From Lama guanicoe (lineage: Eukaryota): a stretch of DNA of 64,000 nucleotides. The stretch spans positions 5,102,399 through 5,166,398 of the forward strand of contig MU053934.1 in assembly GCA_013239625.1 (NCBI GenBank), written 5' to 3'. The translations under genes and the position numbers were made by a program. Below are positions 25,419 to 38,228 of this stretch, piece by piece. The notes beneath the pieces were generated by a model. The model was given only the letters and a program-made list of their open reading frames with translations, did no database searches and was not told where the DNA came from. Within the stretch, counting starts at the first letter, position 1; every line of letters starts with the position of its first letter.

Positions 25419-25758
25419 AGGTTTATAGTCCCTTACTGGAAACTCTAAGGGCCAGTTATATTTTAGAATTCAGAAATTTTTTATTTTTGGAAAACGTGTA
25501 AGATGCATTTACCATGTATCATGTAATGCCCCTGTGGAGTCAGGGGTGACATTTCACAGTCAAATACATTAATATTTCGGCAGCCGAAGCTATAACTATA
25601 CTTTAGTGCACAGAGTATAAATAGTCTCATGTCAGTTCAGGTCAGATTTTGCTGCAATTAAGTTCAGATCAAGTTTTGCCACTAATGAATTACAGGAAAA
25701 CTTTTGGTTTTCTGAAGTTTTGGGATTTTAGAATTGTGGCCAAGAGATTATGGACCTG
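25419..25758 (+). mobile_element. MER46C-like TcMar-Tigger MITE
   Basis: Degenerate inverted ends taggtttatagtccctta ... aagagattatggacctg; internal tcaaatacattaatatttc and tcatgtcagttcaggtcagattttgc. Confidence 0.65.
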
Positions 25759-28050
25759 TGTTTACTTTCTTAACTCTAATGTTTGGTTACTTTTGTTACC
25801 TTCAGAAAATGAAACCTGCTTTCCTTTTTTTCTCTTGTACAGGATATGAGATTAAATCTGTTTTCTCCAGGCCAGTTAATAGAAATTAGGGCACCTCTTC
25901 ACAAAGCTTGATACCTAAGGCAGCTGGCACTGTCACGTGACACTCCGTACACTGCTCTGGCTTTATGTCGAGAATCTCATAGTTCTGTCTCCATCCTTCT
26001 TTCAGAAGTGCTTCGTGGTAATAGGTAGTAAGGAAAAGAGACTTAAGATGTGCGTATTTTGTGCACGGTGAGGCTTTAGAAGGAGCAGCATGTTCTCTGT
26101 GGACTGACCTTTTCTATTATCAGCTAATATGGTAGCTTAAAAAAATAAACCTTTCTGAAAGAAATACATGCTTATGGTAAAACAAAACTCCAAATGATAC
26201 AGAATTATAAATAAAAGATAGATACTTTCTCCTGCCCTATGGCGCCCCTCACCACCCAACCAGCTTTTGACCACTTAAATATTGTGTAGCTCTTCTAGGG
26301 ATTTGGATCCTTTTTAACTAATTTTTTTTTTTTAGCTCAGATTTTCCAGGGGACAGTTTGGGAAATTCTGATTAGGTATTATAACCCAACTTGGACTGAT
26401 TTTGTGTTCATTGTAAGTTAAACTATGGAGAAAACCTCTTCTATTCTAACTGGCCTGTATAAATTTTATTTCTAGAACTATTTGTTCAAACTGCATAGTT
26501 TTGAAATAAACACACTTTTTTGAATATTAATCGTTCCAATTGAAAACGTCTGAGTATTATCAACATACAGAGGTAGAAATTCAATGACCTATTGATTTAC
26601 TTAGCAAAAAATACTTTTTTAAAAGTTAAAAATCATGGATAATATTTGACAGTACACACATTTAAGGAGCACTTAATTTTAAAAAGTGGGATGTTGGCTC
26701 ATTGGCCAAGTCAGTGGTTCTCAAGGTAAGCATATGGGCAGTAGATTGCAGATGGTCCCAGCGTCTATTCCCAAGAGCATTATTGAAATTGCTTATGTTC
26801 TTAAATCCACGATAATTTTGGAGCACAAAACATCTAAACATAAATGTCTTTCTGGGGAAAGTATCCATTTTTACTTTACATGGAATCTAGATTGCTTTAT
26901 TGTTTAGTTCAACAAACATTTATTGAGTACTAACTGTGTCAAGAACTGGCCTCATAGTAATGAGATAGAAATTGCTGGGACATTCCAGGGGACTGTCCAG
27001 AGATTGTTAGAAAAAAAAAATTGAGAACTACTTTTCCTAAGTCATAATGAGGCTGTTAAATGTACCTTTGTAAATGAGGGCGTTCCTAATAAGTATTGAC
27101 TGAAATTCAACTTAAGGTCATTTAGTTTCAAATTGCTTGGTGTGCAACCCTAGATGGCACTTCCCCCATCATACCCATCCTACCCCTACCGCCACACACC
27201 TACATACACATAGGGTCTGGGTTTGTTTGTTTGTTTTTTTTCAATTTTTGTACCTGGCACCGTATATATGAGACAGAAGAAATAGTCATTGGTGTTCTAG
27301 GTTGTCTGTTTACCAGCTTAGAGCCTCAGACTCCTTGTTTTTGCTGAGTACATGTAGATTGCTTTTTTGTTGTTGTTAAGGTCAAGGACTCTGTCTTTTG
27401 GTGGAACTTTGTTAGGATTCAGCACTCTGCATTGAGTGGGAGTTTCTCTGACATGGCTGTGAATTGTGGGAGCTGGACTAGAGATTTTTAAGGACCTTAT
27501 GGCAAAGCTTTGGCTGGTGGAGTGTAAGGGACCTCTTTCCTTTCAGTGTGATTTTGGAGGGACCAGAAACTAGGGTCTATGACATTTACATTAGCAGAAA
27601 GAAAAATGCTGGTTGATAAAGGGAAACTTGTCTATAAAATGAAATAGATATAAAGCTATTAAGTGGGGCTAACATAAAATAATAAACAAAACTTTGCTAT
27701 AAAGTCAAGCAAAGAAAATAGTCTCGAGTTGTAAAAAGCCAATTAGCAGATTAAAGAATAAAACATAACAAATTTAAAAATAGAACTGATTATTTTAGGT
27801 AGTTAGGAGGAGCTTTAGATGAGTAATAGAATTGTCCTCCCTGACAGGAAATAATTCAGGCTAATAATTTAAGAGTAAATAAAGATATAAATATGGAGAA
27901 ACTTTAGAGTATATGAAACCAGTACATTTAAACATAGTGAAATATTTGTTATTATGAATTTCAAAACAGGTATAAACATATATTGAGTATGCTTTCTGGC
28001 TAATGCAGATTCTAAATTTTATGTGCATAATTAAGCTATTCAAATTTTTT

Positions 28051-29168
28051 TTTTACATTTTTATTGATTCATAATCATTTTACAGTGTTGTGTCAAATTC
28101 CAGTGTTCAGTACAATTTTTCAGTCATACATGGACATATACACACTCATTGTCACATTTTTTTCTCTGTGATTTATCATAACATTTTGTGTATATTTCCC
28201 TGTGCTATACAGTGTAATCTTGTTTATCTGTTCTACAATTTTGAAATCCCAGTCTATCCCTTCNNNNNNNNNNNNNNNNNNNNNNNNNNNNNNNNNNNNN
28301 NNNNNNNNNNNNNNNNNNNNNNNNNNNNNNNNNNNNNNNNNNNNNNNNNNNNNNNNNNNNNNNNNNNNNNNNNNNNNNNNNNNNNNNNNNNNNNNNNNNN
28401 NNNNNNNNNNNNNNNNNNNNNNNNNNNNNNNNNNNNNNNNNNNNNNNNNNNNNNNNNNNNNNNNNNNNNNNNNNNNNNNNNNNNNNNNNNNNNNNNNNNN
28501 NNNNNNNNNNNNNNNNNNNNNNNNNNNNNNNNNNNNNNNNNNNNNNNNNNNNNNNNNNNNNNNNNNNNNNNNNNNNNNNNNNNNNNNNNNNNNNNNNNNN
28601 NNNNNNNNNNNNNNNNNNNNNNNNNNNNNNNNNNNNNNNNNNNNNNNNNNNNNNNNNNNNNNNNNNNNNNNNNNNNNNNNNNNNNNNNNNNNNNNNNNNN
28701 NNNNNNNNNNNNNNNNNNNNNNNNNNNNNNNNNNNNNNNNNNNNNNNNNNNNNNNNNNNNNNNNNNNNNNNNNNNNNNNNNNNNNNNNNNNNNNGCAAAA
28801 ATTTTCTCCCATTCCGTAGGTTTTCTTCTTGTTTTATCTCTGGTTTCCTTTGCTCTGCAGAAGCTTGTAAGTTTCATTAGGTCCCATTTGTTTATTCTTG
28901 CTTTTATTTCTTCTAGGAGAAAATTTTTGAAATGTATGTCAGATAATGTTTTGCCTATGTTTTCCTCTAGGAGGTTTATTGTATCTTGTCTTATGTTTAA
29001 GTCTTTAATCCATTTTGAGTTGATTTTTTGTGTATGGTGTAAGGGTGTGTTCTAGCTTCATTGTTTTACATGCTGCTGTCCAGTTTTCCCAACACCATTT
29101 GCTGAAGAGACTGTCTTTATTCCATTGTATATTCTTGCCTCCTTTGTCGAAGATGAGTTGACCAAAAG
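28051..29168 (-). mobile_element. Young lineage-specific L1, 5'-truncated, copy 2 (spans the assembly gap)
   Basis: Both sides of the gap align closely to copy 1 (3' UTR tgtgtcaaattccagtgt...; ORF2 gaagcttgtaagtttcattaggtcccatttg...). Candidate TSD TCAAATTTTTT at 28040-28050 and 29169-29179. Confidence 0.92.
28264..28794. other. Assembly gap (531 N)
   Basis: Run of N seen directly. Confidence 1.
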
Positions 29169-29179
29169 TCAAATTTTTT

Positions 29180-32100
29180 ATTTTGTCTTGTGTTACTTTT
29201 GATAATTTATATCTTTCAAGGAAGTGTCTATTTCATCAGAGTTCTTTCGTATATTTCCATAAAGCTGTTCATAACATTCTTTTATTTTAATGCCTGTAGG
29301 ATTTGTAGTGATGTCCCTTCCTTCATTTCTGATACTGGCAATTTGTGTTTTCTTTCTTTTATTCTTTACTCTAGCTACAATTTTATCAGTTTTATTGATT
29401 TTTTTTTCCCCAGAGAGCCAGCTTTGTTATATTTCTTTCCTAATGTTGACTTTGGGTTTTGTTTGTTGTTCTTTTTCTAATTCTTTTAGGTGGTAGGTTA
29501 GGTTGTTTATTTGAGATTTTTCTTGTTTTTTTGAGGAAGACCTGTATCCCTATGAACTTCCCTCATAGGACTGATTTTGCTGCATCCTATGGATTTTGTA
29601 TGGTTGTGTTTTCATTATCATTTGTCTCAGGGTGTTTTTTCATTTCTTCTTTGATTTCATCATTGACCCATTAGTTTTTTAGTAGCATGTTGTTCAGTCT
29701 CCATGCAATTTTTTCCCCCCTCATTTCTTTTTCTGTGGTTGATTTCTAGTTTCATGCTGTTGTGGTCAGAAAAGATGCTTGAAATAATTTCTCTCCTCTT
29801 AAATTTGTTAAGGCATGTTTTATGTCTGAGTATGTTGTGATCTATCCTAGAGAATGTTCCGTGTGCACTTGAGTAGAATGTATATTCTGTATTTTTTTTT
29901 TTTTGGATGACATGCCCTGAAAATATCAGTTAAGCCTAACTGTTCTGTTGTGTCAGTTTAGAAGCTCTGTTGCCTTATTTATTTTCTGTCTGGAAGATCT
30001 GTCCATTGATGTTAGCGGGGTGTTAAAGTCTCCTAGATTTATTATAGTCTCATCAATTTCTCTTTTTATGTGTGTTAGTATTTGTTTTATGTATTTAGGT
30101 GCTCCTGTACGGGGTGCATATCAAAGAACTAGCTTTGAATTTTACAGATTTTCTCTATTGCTTTACTGTTTTGTTGTGGTGGTGGTGGTGGTGGTGGTGG
30201 TTGATTTCCAGTCTTTTATTATTTCATATTACTTTCTTTGGGTTTAATTGACTTTACTTCTTCTAGCTTCTTAGGTATGGAAACAGGTCATTGATTTCAA
30301 ACCTTTTTTGTTTACTAATAGAAGCACTTAATGCTATAAATTTCCCTCTTAGCACTGCTTAGTTATATCCCATAACCATATTGCACGCTTTTTATATATC
30401 ATTTTCAAAATATTTTCTAATTTGCTTCATGATACCTTCTTTGACCCATGTTTTACAATAAATTTGTTTCTTAATTTCCAAATATTTCTGGATTTTCCAG
30501 ATTTTTTTGTTACTAATTTTGGATTAAGAGTTCTGTTGTGGTCATAGAACATACATGATTTCAGTCCTTTGAGATTTATTGAGACTTGTTATTGTCTTCT
30601 TTAGTGAATATTCTAGGTGCACCTGAAAAAATTACATGTTTTACTGTCCTTAGGTGTAGTATGCTATTAATGTCAGTTAAGTCAAGTTGGTTGATAGTGT
30701 TTTCAGTCTTATATAGCCTTACTGATTTTCTTTCTACTTATTATGTCAATTTCTGAAAGGAGTATTGAAATATCCAGTTATAATTATAGATTTGTCTATT
30801 TCCCCTTTCAGTTCTGTTCATTTTTACTTCATGTATTTTGAACCTCTGTAATTGGGAATATAAACATTTAGGACTATTAAGTCTTCTTGATGAATTGAGC
30901 CCTTTAAATTATAAAATGCCTCCTTTTATCTCTGGTAATGTTCCTTGCCTTGAAGTCTCCATTGTATGATATTAATATGGCCACTCCAGCTTTCTTATGA
31001 CTTGTGTTTGCATGGTATATCTTTTCCCATCCTTTAATTTTTAATCAATCTTTGTCTTTTTTATTAAATGAGTTTTTTCAGATAGCAGATAGATCTTGCG
31101 TTTTGTTTTATTTTTAAATCCAATATTACCATCTTTGCTTTTTAATCAAAGTGTTTAGACCATTTACATTTATATGATTTTCAAAATGTTTGCGTTAAGT
31201 CTGCCACTTTCCCTCTTTTCCTGCCTACTATTTTTACTGTTTCATTTCCTCTGTTGGCCTATTAGCTATAAATCTTTATTTTATTTTTATAGTAGTTGCT
31301 CTAGGGTTTAAAATATACACCTTTAACTAATACTATCTGCCTTAAAATAACATGCCACTTTCCTGATAGTGTAAAAACTTTATGAAGTACACTTTATTTT
31401 CCTTTTATATCTTTAAAGTATTATTGTCATACCTTTTATGTCTACATATGTTATTAACCCCACAATTCATTGTTAATATTTTTGCTTTTAATGAAATTTA
31501 AAGATCTGAAAAAGTATTTTCCAGTGCCCTTCCTTCCTTTGTTTAGATCTCTTTTTGTTTTTTTTTCCCCTCTAGTTTTTTTTGTTTAGATCTGAGTACC
31601 TGTTTATATCACCTTTCTTTAGGCTGAAAGTTTCAATATTTCTTGTAGAATAGATCCGATGTCAGTGAATTCTCTCCTCTTGCTTGTTGAAAAATATCTT
31701 TATTTGTCCTTCATTTTTGAAGGTCATTTTTTCTGGCTGTTGAATTTTAGATGGACAGTTTCATCTTTCTGCAGTTCAAGATGCCTTTCTGTTGTCATCT
31801 ATCTTGTATTGTTTCTAATAGTAAGTCAGGTGTCGTTCTTAGCTTCTGTTCACCTGTGTATAATTTGCCTTTTTTCTCTGACTATGTAAGATTTTTCTCT
31901 TGCTTGTTTTCAGCAATTTGATGATAATACTTGTCTTGGGTGCTTTTCTTAGGATTCTTGGATCTCTGAATTAGAAATTTCAACAAATTTGGGGAAAGTT
32001 TAGTCATTATTTCTTACTTTTTTCTCCTTTACCCCATACACTTTTGAGGTCTGAAATTACACAGAAGTTAGACTACTTGATATTGTCCTACAGGTCCCTG

Positions 32101-33080
32101 AGGCTTTGCTCTTTTTTTTAAATTTTTTTTTAGTTAATAAATCATGTTGTGTCTGTTGTGCTGTTAGGTTTAACCAGTGAATTTTTCATTTCAGTTATGT
32201 TTTTCATCTCCAGAAGTTTTTTTATTTTTCATCTCTTTTATTTCTTTTCTTATTTTGCTGATGCTTTAAATTCTTGAACATATTTATAATAACTGTTTTA
32301 AAATCCTTACCTGCTAATTACATCATTTTGGTTGTTTCTGAGTCTGTTTCTGTTGACTGATACTTTTTTCTCACAGTGATGGGTCACATTTTCCTGCCTC
32401 TTTGCTATATAGTAATTTTTTTATTGGATGCTGTATATTCTGAATGTTACATCATTTGGTATCTTGATTTTGTTGTCTTTCTTTAAAGAGAGTTAAATTT
32501 TGCTTTGGCAAGCAGTTAAGTCATTTGTCGGTCAGATTGATTCTTTATAGACTAATTTTTAAACTCTTAGGATGGATCTAGAGTTGCCTTTATTCTAGGC
32601 TTCTGAATTTAACCCTCTGCTAAGGGTTTCTGCTAAATGCTTGGAGTATTCATTGAAGTCTCCCCACTCTGGCTGGTTGGAACGCAGATGTCTCCTATCT
32701 GTGTATCAACTCTGGGAACTGTTCAGTTTTAAGCTCCCTAATTGTTGGTTTTTCTCCAATAGTTTGCCTTTTCCCAGCTTTATAGAATTTCACCCTACAG
32801 ATTGGCATTCTGCTGAAGACTCAAGGCGACCCAGCCATTTAGCCCACTGTGTTCCACTTGTGTTCTTTCTCCCGTTGCCACTGTCTGGAAAGTGCCTCTA
32901 AGCAGAAGGCCAGAGCCTTCATGGGACTCACCTTTGGTTTTCTTCCATCAGACATCACAGTGCTAATTGTTGTTCAGTGACTGAAACAGTTGTTTCATAT
33001 ATTTTGCCCAATTTTCTAGTTGTTTATAATGGGAGGGCAAGTCTGGTACTAATTGCTTATTCATGGCCTGAGGCAGAAGT
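29180..33080 (-). mobile_element. Long ancient L1M remnant (5' end, ORF1 and ORF2 endonuclease region) containing a second L1 piece
   Basis: Continuous T-rich antisense L1 text: gctataaatttccctcttagcactgctt, atattaatatggccactccagctttcttatg, cttcatttttgaagg, ending in the L1M 5'-end motif. Confidence 0.8.
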
Positions 33081-33250
33081 TGAGAGATACCGTTTTTGTC
33101 TTCAATTTACAGATAAGGAACCCAAGGCCCAGATATATTTAAGGACTTTTTCCTCCTGCCCTCCTTTTACCAGATGGACAGTCTTTTTGTTTGTCTCTTT
33201 AAAGCCATATAACTCACCAGCAGCCACATTGAGCCCTGTCTGCTTTAAAC

Positions 33251-33469
33251 CTTGGGTTGGCCAACTTTTTCTGTAAAAGTCCAAATAGTAAATATTTTAG
33301 GCTTCTTGGGTCACAGAAAGTCTATGTGACATATTCTTCAGGTTTCTTTTACAACCCTTTAAAAATGTTAAAAAAAAACAAAACGAACAAACAAAAAAAA
33401 AACTAGTGGGCTTTGCAAAACCAGACCATGGCAGGGTTTGACTTGTGGGTCATAGTTTACTACCCCTAC
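33251..33469 (+). mobile_element. MER58-family hAT-Charlie MITE
   Basis: gggttggccaactttttctgtaaaagtccaaatagtaaatattttaggc ... gtcatagtttactaccccta. Confidence 0.75.
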
Positions 33470-34199
33470 TGCAGACAGTGCCTTAATAACCTGGGTCGTT
33501 CCTAGTCCCCCTGGCCGATCACATCTCATGTATTCTCCATCCTATTCCCTAGGGTCTTGCCAACAACAAGATTTACTCAGCTTTTGGTTTGGGACAAACA
33601 TATTCATCATTATTTCAAATTTCAAATGAAGAAACTGTGGCATAGAGAGCTTAAGTTCAGGGCACACAGTTAAGTGGCAGAGACTTACTTAAACTTAAAT
33701 TTATTGGATTTTAAATCTACCCCCACCCCCACACCCATCCTATAACATCTGAAGCAATATGCTATTCTGCCTCTAGGACTGACAGAATAGCTAATTTGGT
33801 TTTAAAAAGGTATGCTAACATATTAGTTGTAAATAATGGCATGTTTTTCTAATGTCTGAGAATTACAGAATCATGGTCCTTCAGAGTTGGAAGAAACACT
33901 CATGATACCAAGTTCACACCCTTGCTGATGTTAGAATCCCTTCGGCAACATCCTTGTTAGTCATGCTCCTTTCCTTTAAATACCTTACTGCCTGTGAGCA
34001 GCCATGAGTTTTGGTCTTGTCTTCTGGAATAACCTAGAATGAGCCTGTTCTCCACTTGAAGTTGTTCCTATGCCCTTCCTTTCAATATTAACCAGATTTT
34101 TTTCCAGTGGTTTCTCATAGAACCAGTCTTCTCTTCCTCAAGGCCTAATCACTTGTCTTTATTTCATTTTATCCGTGGTCTTATAAATATGACATTCAC

Positions 34200-34550
34200 A
34201 CAATAGAAAGGAATAGACTGCTGATACGCACAGCAGTAAGGCTAATCACAAACACATGCTGAGTTGAAAGAAGCAAATAAAGTCCATACAGTTTGTTTCC
34301 ATTTATATAAAACTCTAAAAAGACAAATCTCTAGTGACAGGAGGGAAATCAGTGGCTCTTTGTGCTGGATATGGGGTGAGGGGGATTGACTGGGGTGAAG
34401 CACAGGGAAGTTTGGGGGATGATGGAAGTGTTGTGTATCTTGATGGTGGTGGTGGTTCCATGGGTGTATAAACTTGTCAGATTTTGTCAAACTGTACCCT
34501 TAAGTGGGTACATTTTCATTGTGGACTTATCTCAATTAAGTTGATTAAAA
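34200..34550 (+). mobile_element. Old L1 (L1ME/MB-type) 3' UTR fragment
   Basis: ttccatttatataaaactcta...gatggaagtgttgtgtatcttgatggtggtggtggtt...tgtcaaactgtacccttaa. Confidence 0.75.
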
Positions 34551-37454
34551 ATACAGAGTTCTCAGAAATGAGCATGGTGCCCTAGCTGTCGTTTCACCAG
34601 TACAAAATATAACAGAACTCTCACTTATCTCCATCTGGATACCTAGCATCCCTATTAATAATCTACCTGTTTTAAGGAACTCCTCCATATTGGGGGTGTA
34701 CATTAATGTCGTACTTTGCTAAAACCTTTCATATGTATTATTATCAACCCAGACATAACTCTTTCTACTTTTACAATTGATTCTTAAAATACATTCTCTG
34801 TGCTCCTAGAGCACTTTGTTCATATACAGCACTGTGATAATAGCAATTATCTTGTTTTGTTGTGGTTTTTCTATTTAGTGTCTACCTCTCTGATTAGACA
34901 GTGAGCACCCCTCTGCAGAGCCTTAGTCCCTTTTGTATCTCTGGATAACATTATAGTAATTGGATGTAATAGGCACTCGGTAAATGTTGTTTGGTTGAGT
35001 ATAAATGAATGAAGGAAAAAGTCATTCTTCAGAACCCATCTCAGATATCTCCTCCAACAACTATTTTCTTATTTTTGACTCCTCAGAGCTAGGTTAGATG
35101 TATCTCCTGGCTACATCACTAATACCCTGTGCTTATCCATCACAATATAAATTGCAGTGTTTTTTGCATTCAAGGATATTCACTGCACTATTATTTATGG
35201 TAGTAAAAAATGGGAAATGGCTTACCTATCCAACAACAGGGAAATGGTTAGATTATGATTCACTGTCAGTAGAATCTATGCTGTTATTAAAATGATATTT
35301 TTAAAGGATTTTTAAAGACATGGGAAAATGTTTCAGACACAATGAAAAGACGATTCAAAAGGCCATATAGATTCGTGGTTTTAAGAAAAGTAAAATTATA
35401 TGTATACATATAAAAAAAGAAAAGTAGATTATAGATATTAGGAGTATTTATCTCTTTGTAGGGAAATTATCAGATATTTTATTATTTCTTTTTCTTACTC
35501 TTTTTTTGACTTTTCAGAAAACATGTTAATATAAACAGGAAAAAATTTATTAAAAATGTAATTTAAAGAATATGGAGATGTGACAACTACGTTTAATGAG
35601 GAGCGTTTTTCTGGAACAGAAAAAGGATGTTAGTGCAAAAACTAGGCAAATCAGATTAAAGTCTGTAGTAATGTATTGTAGTAATGTATTATAGTGAAAT
35701 TAATCTCTTAGTTTCTTTGTACCATGGTTATACAGTGTTAACATCAGGGAATGCTGGGTGAAGATGATATGAGAACTCTTTACACTGTCTTTGCAACTCT
35801 TCTGTAAGTCTAAAATTATGTCAGAATACAAAGTAAAAAAATACAATTGAGTACAATAGGATTATGCATTCCTTGAGGATACAGAATGGGTCTTGTTTAT
35901 CATGGCATTCCTTGGGCTATATCACATATAAGTAGATGCTTATTAAATATTTACTATAAGGTGAAATTGTTTATTTTCTCGGTTTCTACTATGCCAGTTA
36001 TTTTGACTCAAGCTTCAACTTCTTAAGGTGATGTTGCATTTCTGACTGTTGACTAAATTTTTGTCGAGTATTTATGATATAGTATATAATGTACTAAGCC
36101 CCACAAAGTGCTCAAAGACAGTTTTCTGGCACTTGTGAGGAATGAGATCAGATGTATACAGATATTTATAACAAAGGGTGACTGTGATAAGTACTGCGTG
36201 GGGGATTACCAAACAAAATATCATGGAGGTGGAGAGAACATAGGGAGCTTATCCATTTGGAGGATTAATGAATGCTTACTGAGGAAATGCTTATTTGAGA
36301 AAGTGAAAATTTGAATTTATGGTGGTAAAAATCTACCAACACATTTCAAGAGAAGAGGTGAATACTTTTATCTTTAAAATGTAGTCTATGTTTGAGATGT
36401 TTGGAAAGAGGAGGCCCTGTCATTGACTTGAGTCATACTGAGAGAGCCAGCCCTTCCCTTTCTGTTTGCTCCTGAAGGCCAAGGGTAAGGAGAGGAAAGG
36501 AGTGGAAAGGAGAGGTGGCAGAAGCCAGAGGGAGTGGAGCAACCCAGGGCTCCGTTGTATCTTTGATGTGTATTGAGAAGCATGAAGAGTTGTGGACAAT
36601 AGATTTTTGTATATGAATCTGTTGTGTAGTGGTTAGTATAACAAAGATTGGTGGGATTTTTTTTACAGTGTTCTTATATTTATAGATGTGCAAAACACTT
36701 ACTGTATATGGTGTATTCATTCCTCATTCCACAAATATTTACTGGATGGTTTACACAGGCAGATGATCTTGTTCAGCTCCCTCTGCAACAGGCTCCCTGT
36801 GGGAGAGGAGTCTAGGATTATCATCATTGTCAGTCTCCAGGGGATCGGGTTGCATTTCAGAGGAGTCAGATAATTAAGTGCAGGGCTTGGCACCACACAG
36901 CTACTATGTGGTAATTTCTAGAACCCATGCCTTCCTCCTCCAAATTAAGTGCCCTTCTCAGTCTGCCCACTAGTTACTCAGACACTTTGTTGAACATATA
37001 CATTTTTTGAGAGCTAAGTGAAATACTACACAGTTTCAATTCCTGATCTTACAAAATCCAGTCAAGAGGTTAGACCAAGGAAATAAATTCCTTTCCAACA
37101 GGAAGCTAAGCCACTCCAGTTATACCACTTAAACACTAGAGAGTTTCTACTTCCAGTCTGTTAAAGTAACGGTCTGCTGACCTTTTACCCTGCATACCTT
37201 TTCTTAAAATAACCATGAGAAATTTTCACTTTTGAAAATACAGTGATTCAGTATTTGGAATTTGCCAGGCTACAAGAAGTCTTCATTGCTTTTATTTTGT
37301 ATGATGGGAATTGAGCAGAGATAATTAGAAAAAGGAATGTTTTCATTACAGAAGTAATAAATATTTATTGTAGACAAATTAAGAAAATACACAATGCCTG
37401 TGATCACTATAATCCCCCAACACAGAGATAACCATTGTTAACATTTTGGTGATG

Positions 37455-37456
<2 letters not shown>

Positions 37457-37497
<41 letters not shown>

Positions 37498-37518
37498 ATG
37501 TGTGTATATATATATATA
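37457..37518. repeat. Compound (CT)n(GT)n(AT)n microsatellite
   Basis: Seen directly. Confidence 0.9.
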
Positions 37519-37577
37519 AATACTGTGAAATATTTTTCGCAAAAAGTAATACAATATGTATTGTATTGAAATTATTC

Positions 37578-37774
37578 TTTATTTTTTTCCTTCCAGTTTT
37601 ATTGAGATGTAACTGACATAATTGACATACACTGTATACTTTTTGGGGGGTGGGAGAGGTAATTAGGGTTTTTTTTTAAGGGAAGTACTGGAGATTAAAC
37701 CCAGGACCTCATGATTGAACCCGGGAACTTGTGCTTGCTAGGCACGCCCTCTGCCACTGAGCTATACCCTCCCC
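37578..37774 (-). mobile_element. Camelid-type tRNA-Ala SINE, long form with L1-like 3' extension and duplicated B-box segment
   Basis: Head GGGGAGGGTATAGCTCAGTGGCAGAG on the minus strand; attaaacccaggacctcatg and attgaacccgggaacttgtg in tandem; near-TSD TATTGT(A/G)TTGA at 37559 and 37779. Confidence 0.85.
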
Positions 37775-38092
37775 ACCATATTGTGTTGAGTTCTGCTTTA
37801 TTCACTCAATATACATTGTGAACATCTTTCCATGTCAATAAATAGACTTTATTTTTAATGGCTGCATTGTATTCTATTATATGGATATATAATAATTTCT
37901 TATACTGATTCTAGCTTATTTCCAATTTATTATAATTATTGACAACATTGTAATGTGTTTGTACATCTTTCTTTGCACATATCCATAATTAGCTAAATTT
38001 CTATAAGAAGACTTGCTGGGTCACAGGATATATGTGTGTTTTTAATGCTTTAAAAATACACTTTGTCATGCTAAAGGTAAAGTTTAGATATA

Positions 38093-38228
38093 TAGTTGAC
38101 CTTTGAACTGCACAGTCCACTTATACACGGATATTTTTCAGTAATAAGCACTGTAGTACTATATAGTCCGCAGAAGGTCAACTATAAATGATACGTGGGT
38201 TAACCCTGCATAGTTCAATGGTCAACTG
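38093..38228. mobile_element. MER8/Tigger2-like MITE with TA TSD
   Basis: TIRs TAGTTGACCTTTGAAC ... GTTCAATGGTCAACTG, each flanked by TA; internal gtccacttatacacggat. Confidence 0.8.

Noticed and set aside
27147..27161. CTCF-like ACCCTAGATGGCACT
   Set aside because: Mismatches in the 5' core and no supporting context; cannot be told from chance without a matrix scan.
28090..29055. 197-321 aa ORFs
   Set aside because: Artefacts of translating through the N gap.
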